A DNA stretch of 64,000 bases from Sedimentisphaerales bacterium (GTDB taxonomy: Bacteria > Planctomycetota > Phycisphaerae > Sedimentisphaerales > SM23-30), in the NCBI GenBank assembly GCA_963663965.2, contig CAXXFK010000027.1:1-64000 (forward strand). The letters run 5' to 3'. Shown here one piece after another: positions 10,686 to 17,560 of this stretch (position 1 is its first letter; the number at the start of each line of letters is the position of its first letter). A program made the translations under genes and the position numbers. The notes beneath the pieces were generated by a model that ran no database searches, had not been told where the DNA came from, and saw nothing but the letters and a program-made list of their open reading frames with translations.

Positions 10686-10951
10686 TTTCACCGTGAAGTA
10701 AGTGAAGGGAGTGAAGAAACAGCCGGAGAGATGAGAAATATATAACGGCCGATAAAACCGCAGATCCCGATGTACATCGGGACAGATAGACGCAGATAAA
10801 AAACGTGGTTAAGTAATTGATAAATAATAAGATATAACCACTGAAAGACACAGGGCGGTCAAGCCGCAACCAAATAAGAAATAGTTCACACAAAGCCGCA
10901 AAGCCACGAAGATAAACAGCCATTTAGACAGGATCACAGGATCAACAGGAT
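10686..10951 (+). repeat. Mosaic repeat array 1 (module order C-A-B-F-D)
   Basis: GTGAAG x3 (10686), GCAGAT x3 (10756), AACCACTGAA (10836), CAAAG-type x3 (10885) and ACAGGAT x3 (10923), separated by AT-rich spacers. Confidence 0.85.
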
Positions 10952-11400
10952 AAAAAGTTCGGGACCATTAAAATATCTTGTAAGATGAAGTAATTACTTC
11001 GCTTATAAAACATAAGAACAAAAAGCTTGCTAAGAAAACAAAGAAATAAAGGATTGTAGTACAGAGGGTGCGGATTTTACTGATATTATTGCCCGGTTGA
11101 TCTTCTCAATTGTTCATAGTATGATCAGGTAGGAACCGCCGAATGAATACGCCCTGAAGCGGGAACTCTGAACGGCTTATGAACAGGTACCGAGATGTGG
11201 TGGTTATGGCGGGAAACCCATAAGGAATTTCACTATTGCTGATTGATATTCAGATAATAATGCCATAAAATATTTCTTTAATTGTATATGACACCAGTGA
11301 GCGGCGTTTTTGGCCGTAAACTCACTAGAAATTTATCATTGATTTAACGAGTGGCAACATAGCAACCCTATTCTATAAGATCACACCTTCGTTTTTACGA

Positions 11401-12087
11401 ATGCCCGCCAAAAAGCTGTTTTTCTGGGGCAGGAAGCGGTATTGCCCGGTCTGCCAGAGCGGGGTCAGGCGATTTCTGGATTCGGGTCATCCGCCCCGGC
11501 CCGATATTCGATGCCCGGTCTGCTTTTCGCTGGTTCGACATCGGTTCGAATGGTTGTTTTTTTTGAAGCGCACCACTCTGTTTGACGGCCGCCCCAGGAA
11601 GATTCTGCATGTGGCGGCTGAAGAAAACTTCGAACGACAATTCAAGCAGTATCGCCAGTTCGAGTATCTGACGGCCGATCTCTACCAGGCCAATGCCATG
11701 CTCAAAATGGATATTACCGATATCCAGTTTCCCGATAACAGTTTCGATGTTATTATCTGCAATCATGTCTTTGAACATGTCGAAGATGACGTTCAGGCCA
11801 TGCGGGAGTTTAACCGGGTGATCAGGCCGGAAGGCTGGATTATCATCTCCGTGCCGATTACCGCAGAACGCACCTTTGCAGACCCCAACGCGAAAACGCC
11901 CGAAGATCGATTGCGAATCTATGGCCAGGAAGATCATGTACGCCAATACGGCCTGGATGTGGAAGAGCGGCTAGCGCAGGCCGGCGGAAAGGTACAGGCC
12001 GTCTATCCGGCGGACTTCCTGACGCCCCAAATGGCTGAGCGGTGCCGGACGGGTGGAGAGCCGTTGTTTTTCTGTAAAAAATGCTGA
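11401..12087 (+). CDS. Class I SAM-dependent methyltransferase (Methyltransf_11-like) with N-terminal CxxC..CxxC
   Basis: CPVC...CPVC, ILHVAAE, MDITDIQFPDNSFDVIICNHVFEHV and RVIRPEG. Confidence 0.85.
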   Translation: MPAKKLFFWGRKRYCPVCQSGVRRFLDSGHPPRPDIRCPVCFSLVRHRFEWLFFLKRTTLFDGRPRKILHVAAEENFERQFKQYRQFEYLTADLYQANAMLKMDITDIQFPDNSFDVIICNHVFEHVEDDVQAMREFNRVIRPEGWIIISVPITAERTFADPNAKTPEDRLRIYGQEDHVRQYGLDVEERLAQAGGKVQAVYPADFLTPQMAERCRTGGEPLFFCKKC

Positions 12088-12191
12088 ATGATATTTTGGG
12101 TACCAGGTTGGCCAATTGACGCAGTTAGTATTGATTGATGGTGGCGAGGATAGTATTGGCCGCGGGCGAGAATTTGCATGGAACGATTCAT
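12085..12191 (-). pseudogene. Truncated, decayed second copy of the 9874-10539 gene
   Basis: MNRSMQILARGQYY here versus MNRSMQILARAQYY in the first copy. The upstream region 12144-12490 aligns with 10492-10850. An internal deletion is followed by loss of similarity. Confidence 0.65.
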
Positions 12192-12340
12192 GGTTTCACC
12201 TCTTTGTCTGGAGACCAAATTAATAAAAAAATACTTTGAGTTTGACCGTTGGCGGCCGACTGTTGGGATTATAGGCTATATTTCAATAATAGCCAAATAA
12301 AATATAATATTATATGGAAATAATACGTGATATGAGAATA

Positions 12341-12950
12341 TTTCACCATGAAGATATTGAAGGGCATGAAGGGAAGAGGAAGAATTAACAGCCGGTTTAT
12401 CCGCAGATGGACTCAGATGGACACAGATAAATAAAGATATAAGTTATTAAAAAAAAAGAAGATATGACCACGGAACACACGGAACACACGGAAGAAATCA
12501 GGGATAAGTTATTGAATTTGAAAAGAAGGTATGGGCAAGAGATTTATTGAATAAGCGAATAAGGGTGGCTGCGCCACGATTTAAATTATTAAAGGCAGGG
12601 GTTAACCACGAAGCGCCTGCGGCTTCACGAAGGGTGTCCTCCTGAGGCGGATCTTTCGACCTACGGCGCTACACGAAGGTTAAGAAAAAAATATAACGGC
12701 CGTTTGAACCGCAGATGGACGCAGATGAACGCAGATAAAAAATGATTTAAGTAATTATAATAAAATAACTTAGAACCACGGAAAAACGCGGAAAGACACT
12801 GAAGAAGAAAATAAAATACATTATCACCGTGGAGTAAGTGGAGGGAGTCCCGATGAATATCGGGATAAATTCCGGAACGGGTGGGGAATGCTGGGAGGGG
12901 GAAAAGTGGCTGGGGTTGGGTGGGGAATGGTGTGGGGGTTGGAGTTGGGG
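12341..12950 (+). repeat. Mosaic repeat array 2 (C-A-B-G-A-B-C-palindrome-G-tract)
   Basis: Modules at 12341, 12399, 12466, 12602, 12707, 12774 and 12822; palindrome at 12848-12865; G-runs at 12879-12950. Confidence 0.85.
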
Positions 12951-13197
12951 TATAAAAGAATTGACAGGAAATGCTATCGGTGTAAGATTTTATTTTGAAT
13001 GGCGTTATGGAATTGAGTGTTTTGAATTGGAACATTTTTTGGAGTGGATGGCATGGTTAAGAGTGTTTTCAAACAATCGGAAAAGACGGCCAGCGATAGT
13101 ATCAGAGGGGAAATCAATAAACCCAATATCAACGTTTCAGTCATGGGAGGAATTTATTGTTTCACTCAATGGCAGGTGTTTATTTCGCGTTTTACAT

Positions 13198-13226
13198 TTG
13201 CCTCCTGTGGATTCATGATATATACT
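13198..13226 (+). promoter_or_regulatory. Sigma70-type promoter for the ncRNA-abiF unit
   Basis: TTGCCT (13198-13203), 17-nt spacer, TATACT (13221-13226). Confidence 0.7.
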
Positions 13227-13232
13227 ATGGGT

Positions 13233-13291
13233 AACACACCTGCCGCACCGCTCCCCGTATTGGGTGACGTGCATCATGGGCAGGTTTTTTT
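13233..13291 (+). ncRNA. Putative AbiF-associated structured RNA (candidate antitoxin) or terminator-like leader
   Basis: Nested stems ACCTGCC/GGCAGGT, GCAC/GTGC and CCC/GGG followed by T7. It lies between the promoter and the GGAGG RBS of an Abi_2 gene. Confidence 0.65.
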
Positions 13292-13315
13292 ATGCGCAAT
13301 GGGGCGGAGGCCGGT

Positions 13316-14224
13316 ATGAAGCAATATAAGCAAACTTATTCCAAGCCCTGGCTCTCTTTTGCCGATCAACTGCAATTATTACAGAGTCGCGGTCTGGTCA
13401 TAGCTGACCATCAACAGGCGGAAGCGTTTCTGGCGCATATTAATTATTATCGCTTCAGCGGTTATTGTCTGGCATTTGAATCGAAACGGCATACATTTCA
13501 ACCCAATACCTGTTTTGAAAATATCGTTGCCGCCTATGAATTTGACAGGCGACTACGGAGTCTTATTGCCCAGGCTACGGCTGTCGTCGAGATCGATATC
13601 CGCACAGTTATTGCTCATCATTTCGGCAGTCGGTACGGCGCTTTTGGCCATACTCAGGCAGGGAATTTCTTTAAAAAATTTGATCATGGGCAGTGGATTA
13701 TAAAACTTCAAGAGGAGGCGGACAGGTCGCGAGAACCCTTTGTCGAACATTTTAAAAACAAATACCAAGAATATCCGGATCTGCCGATCTGGGTTATTAC
13801 CGAAATCATGTCCTTTGGGTCACTTTCGAAAATGTTCAGCGGCATGAACAGGGCCGATCAGCGATCTATTACTCAGCAATATCGACTTCAACCTTTTGTC
13901 ATGAGTTCATGGCTGCATCATCTGGTTTATATTCGCAATATCTGCGCCCATCACAGCAGACTCTGGGACAGGATCTGGGCCATTAAGCCGGAACTGCCCG
14001 CCGGGAAGAACTGGCAGCCGCCGAGCTTCAATAACAACAACCGGGTTTTCACTACGATCGTAATTTTAAAATATCTTCTAGATAAATGCCCGGTTATGGC
14101 CGGCTATGCTAATGACTGGAAGTTGGATATACAGGACTTGCTGGGCAATCTTCCGGCGGCCCGTAACGCCGACAATCTTCTGGGATTGGAAACAAACTGG
14201 CTGGAACATCCGCTCTGGAATTAA
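13316..14224 (+). CDS. Abi_2 (AbiD/AbiF)-family HEPN abortive-infection protein
   Basis: KPWLSFADQLQLLQSRGL, INYYRFSGY, YEFDRRLR, LPIWVITEIMSFGSLSK and the HEPN RxxxxH motif RNICAHHSRLW. RBS GGAGG at 13306. Confidence 0.92.
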   Translation: MKQYKQTYSKPWLSFADQLQLLQSRGLVIADHQQAEAFLAHINYYRFSGYCLAFESKRHTFQPNTCFENIVAAYEFDRRLRSLIAQATAVVEIDIRTVIAHHFGSRYGAFGHTQAGNFFKKFDHGQWIIKLQEEADRSREPFVEHFKNKYQEYPDLPIWVITEIMSFGSLSKMFSGMNRADQRSITQQYRLQPFVMSSWLHHLVYIRNICAHHSRLWDRIWAIKPELPAGKNWQPPSFNNNNRVFTTIVILKYLLDKCPVMAGYANDWKLDIQDLLGNLPAARNADNLLGLETNWLEHPLWN

Positions 14225-14280
14225 GGGGAATCATTTTGACAATCAAAACGATAAATAATGGGCTTATCATCAATAACCCA

Positions 14281-14990
14281 GGGCGGTCAAGCTGATTCAA
14301 AGAAGAAATAGTTCACAAAAAGCCGCAAAGATATTTTGAAGGTTAACAGCCATTTAGACAGGATCATCACGATAGATCGGGACTTTCAGCCGATTGACAG
14401 GATTTAATGGGAATTTATATAAAATATAACAGCTGTTTGAACCGCAGATGAACGCAGATAGACGCAGATGAAAACTGGTTTAAGTAATTATAATAAAATA
14501 AGATAGAACCACGGAAAAACGCGGAAAGGCACGGGAGGGGGAAAAGTGGCTGCGCCACGGGTTAAGTTTTTTAAAGGCAGGATTTTACCACAGAGGTTAG
14601 GAGGGCACAGAGGATGGCTGAGGGGTTATTATGGAACAGGGAAGAATAAAGCATTTTAGACAGGATCACAGGATATACAGGATTAAATGGGAATTCATAT
14701 AAAATATGACGGCCGTTTGAACCGCAGATGGACGCAGATGGACGCAGATAAAAGATTAGTTAAGTTATTGAAATATAATAAGATAGAACCACGGAAAAAC
14801 GCGGAAAGACACGGAAGGGGAAAATAAAATTCATTTTCACCGTGGAGGAAGTGAAGGGAGTCCCGATGAATATCGGGATAAATTCCGGAACGGGTGGGGA
14901 ATGATGGGAGGGGGAAAAGTGGCTGGGCCTGGAGTTGATTTTTTGAAGGCGGGGATTTACCACAGAGGTTGGGAGGGCATAGAGGGTAAT
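14281..14990 (+). repeat. Mosaic repeat array 3 (F-D-A-B-E-D-A-B-C-palindrome-G4-E)
   Basis: Modules at 14312, 14353, 14440, 14507, 14584, 14655, 14720, 14787, 14835 and 14956. The D-A-B block is duplicated internally in tandem. Confidence 0.85.
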
Positions 14991-16056
14991 GGCCGGGGGT
15001 TATTAACCGTATCTAAACAAAGCTGCAAGACAACTGATTTTATACATAGTCAAAATGGATATAGTCAAATAGTCGAATGATCTTGGGGGAATCTGAATTT
15101 CGGTTTATTATTAGTAATGAAAAAAATGAGATTGAATCTAATTTAAGTTGGGTTAAAATATCTTTATGAAGGTTATTTCAATTTTTACGAGAATCGATTA
15201 ATGAAAGGAACTAACATATTGGTCGCAGACAATTTTAAATATCTTAAATATTTACTTATCTCGATAGATTAAATAAGAGGTAAATAATGCCCAATCATTG
15301 GGATGAGGAAATATTTCATAAAGTTTTAGATCAACTATGCAAAGGTGATCTATATTTATTTGCTGGTGCTGGTCTATCAATGATAGCAGGAATGCCAAGT
15401 TGGAATACTTTAATTGGGAAATTCGCTGATGCGTACATAAAACAAGCTGTAGATCAGGGGCTAGCTGAAGATATTAAAAGGATGGCTAAGGATGATGGTT
15501 TGGACACTAGGGATCGTTTGGGTATTGTCTCGCATCTCATAGGCCTCGGCAATAAAGGCCAAGACGATTTAGCCAATATTTTAAGTGATTCTTTAAAGAT
15601 TACAAATTATCAAGCTCTTGAAATTCATGAAAAATTACTTAAGCTACCTTTCAAAGGGTATATTACCACGAATTATGATTTATGTTTTGAAGAAGCAACA
15701 AAAAAATATAATTGCCAGTATGAATTAATTGGCAACCGTTGGTTTGTATATCCGAAGCATCAATGTGCAAAAACTGATATTGAGGATCTACTTGCTAGCG
15801 AAATGTCCAATTTTCTCTTGCATATGCATGGTTGTCTTGAACATGAAGGTAGAGAAGATTTCGAAAATATTATTTTATCACCCGAACAATATTCGAAGCA
15901 CTATATTCGCGAACCTATGATAAAAAGAATTTTTGATCAAATGTTATTAAAACACATTTTGATACTTGGATGTAGTATGTCAGACCCATGGTTTATGCAT
16001 GAATTTCTAAGTATTAGAGGTGGAGAAAGTTTAAACAATGTACCCCTCCCCATTGT

Positions 16057-16983
16057 CTAGACAAAAATATTGACTTTCTTAGATGGAGTTATCGCCACGG
16101 TGGGGGCTGTCGCCCCGGAAGGAGCCCGGAGGGCGACTGGAGGGGCGACAGCCCCGGCGAACACCTCGGCCGGGGTAAGGTATCCCAGGGCCTCGTGCAG
16201 CCGTTCATGATTGTAAAACTCAAAATAGCGGCCCAGGCCTAACACCGCCTCGGCCACCGTCTGGTAATCTCGCAGATAGACCTCCTCCACCTTGACCGAA
16301 CGCCATAACCGTTCGACAAATATGTTGTCAAATACCCGGCCCCGGCCATCCATGCTGATTAAAATCCCGGCATCTTTCAAGGGCCGGATAAAATCCACTG
16401 ATGTAAATTGGCTGCCCTGATCCGTATTGAAGATCTCCGGGGTGCCCTGGCCCAGCGCCTGCTCCAACGCCGATACGCAAAAATCGGCCTCCAGCGTGAT
16501 CGAAACTTCCCAGCTTAACACATAACGGCTGAACCAATCCATGACCGCCGTTAAGTACACCCAGCCCTGAGACATGCGGATATAGGTAATATCGGTCGAC
16601 CAGACCTGGTTCGGCCGGGTAACCACCACCCCATCAAGCAGGTAGGGATAAATCTTGTGGGCCGGGTCCGGTTGGCTCAAATGCCGCTTAACGCGCGGAT
16701 AAATCGCTTCTAAGCCCATCAGCCGGAGCAAACGGCGCACGCGCTTCGGATTGACGATGTGGCCTTGACGACGCAGCCACTGCGTCATCTTGTCAACCCC
16801 GTAACAAGGGGTTTTGAGGTATTGTTCATCCAATAGCCGCATCAGACTCTCATGGTACTCCGTGTCCCGGCAGGGACGATAATAGTAACTACTGCGGGCC
16901 AGGCCCAGCAGTTCACACTGACGATCGATCGGAATCCGGGGATGGCCCGGCTCTATCGCCAGGCGCTTCTGCTCAAGTGTCAA
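16057..16983 (-). CDS. IS3 transposase OrfB (rve DDE domain)
   Basis: WSTDITYI, FNTDQGSQF, DNIFVERLWRSVKVE and YNHERLH. Confidence 0.95.
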   Translation of the reverse strand: MTLEQKRLAIEPGHPRIPIDRQCELLGLARSSYYYRPCRDTEYHESLMRLLDEQYLKTPCYGVDKMTQWLRRQGHIVNPKRVRRLLRLMGLEAIYPRVKRHLSQPDPAHKIYPYLLDGVVVTRPNQVWSTDITYIRMSQGWVYLTAVMDWFSRYVLSWEVSITLEADFCVSALEQALGQGTPEIFNTDQGSQFTSVDFIRPLKDAGILISMDGRGRVFDNIFVERLWRSVKVEEVYLRDYQTVAEAVLGLGRYFEFYNHERLHEALGYLTPAEVFAGAVAPPVALRAPSGATAPTVAITPSKKVNIFV

Positions 16984-17263
16984 GCCCGGATTTTTTTTTA
17001 AGCCAGTCCAACTCCATCGTGAGTTGGCCGATCTGCTGATATAACTGATCCACCAAAGCCTGCTGCTCGCGCTGATCCTGGTGGCGCCTCAGAGAAAAGA
17101 TCTCCGGCAAGGCATTCAAAAGCTCCTTTTTCCACTGGGTAACCTGAGTCGGGTGTACCTGGTAAACCTTGGCCAACTCCGCCAGCGTCTTGTCGCCCTT
17201 CAGGGCGGCCAGGGCCACTTTCGCCTTAAACTGGGCACTGTGATTTCGCCGTTTGCCTTTCAT
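16973..17263 (-). CDS. IS3 transposase OrfA (HTH)
   Basis: HSAQFKAKVAL...LYQQIGQL..ELDWLKKKS. An A9 slippery run at 16991-16999 could drive -1 frameshift fusion to OrfB. Confidence 0.93.
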   Translation of the reverse strand: MKGKRRNHSAQFKAKVALAALKGDKTLAELAKVYQVHPTQVTQWKKELLNALPEIFSLRRHQDQREQQALVDQLYQQIGQLTMELDWLKKKSGLDT

Positions 17264-17560
17264 TAAAACTGTCTCCTGAATACGAATTATTCAATCGGTT
17301 CAGGCGGCAATTCCATCTAAAAATCACCGTTTTTTTGTCCAGTTTTTGGGGAGTATTATACAATAGGAGAAATAGAAAAGAATGCTATATCGTCGAACTT
17401 TGCCAAGAAAATACTAACCTATATGAGAGGCATAAAGAGATTACTTATGGAATTAAATATCAGAAAATACAAGACAGAGAAAATGGTTTAAAAAATATGA
17501 TCAATGAATTATATGATGAATACGCAAAAAGAACTTCAGGTATAAGCAAGGGAATTGCTG

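Larger units (their letters stand above)
16039..17360 (-). mobile_element. IS3-family insertion sequence (1322 bp), 3-bp target duplication CAA
   Basis: Imperfect terminal IRs: TGTACCCCTCCCCATTGTCTAGACA...TTAGATGGA versus the reverse complement TATAATACTCCCCAAAAACTGGACA...TTAGATGGA. CAA occurs at 16036-16038 and 17361-17363. GC-rich inside an AT-rich gene. Confidence 0.92.

Noticed and set aside
10540..10923. N-terminal extension of the 349-aa ORF, and ORFs 12661-13035 and 14760-14963
   Set aside because: They are translations of the repeat modules (for example ICVHLR, FRVFPRF, LHLLHG) and lack a credible RBS or protein features.
10686..14990. CRISPR array or TIGR-type guide array
   Set aside because: No constant repeat with unique, equal-length spacers. 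The spacers are themselves repeated, and no cas or Nop-domain gene is present.
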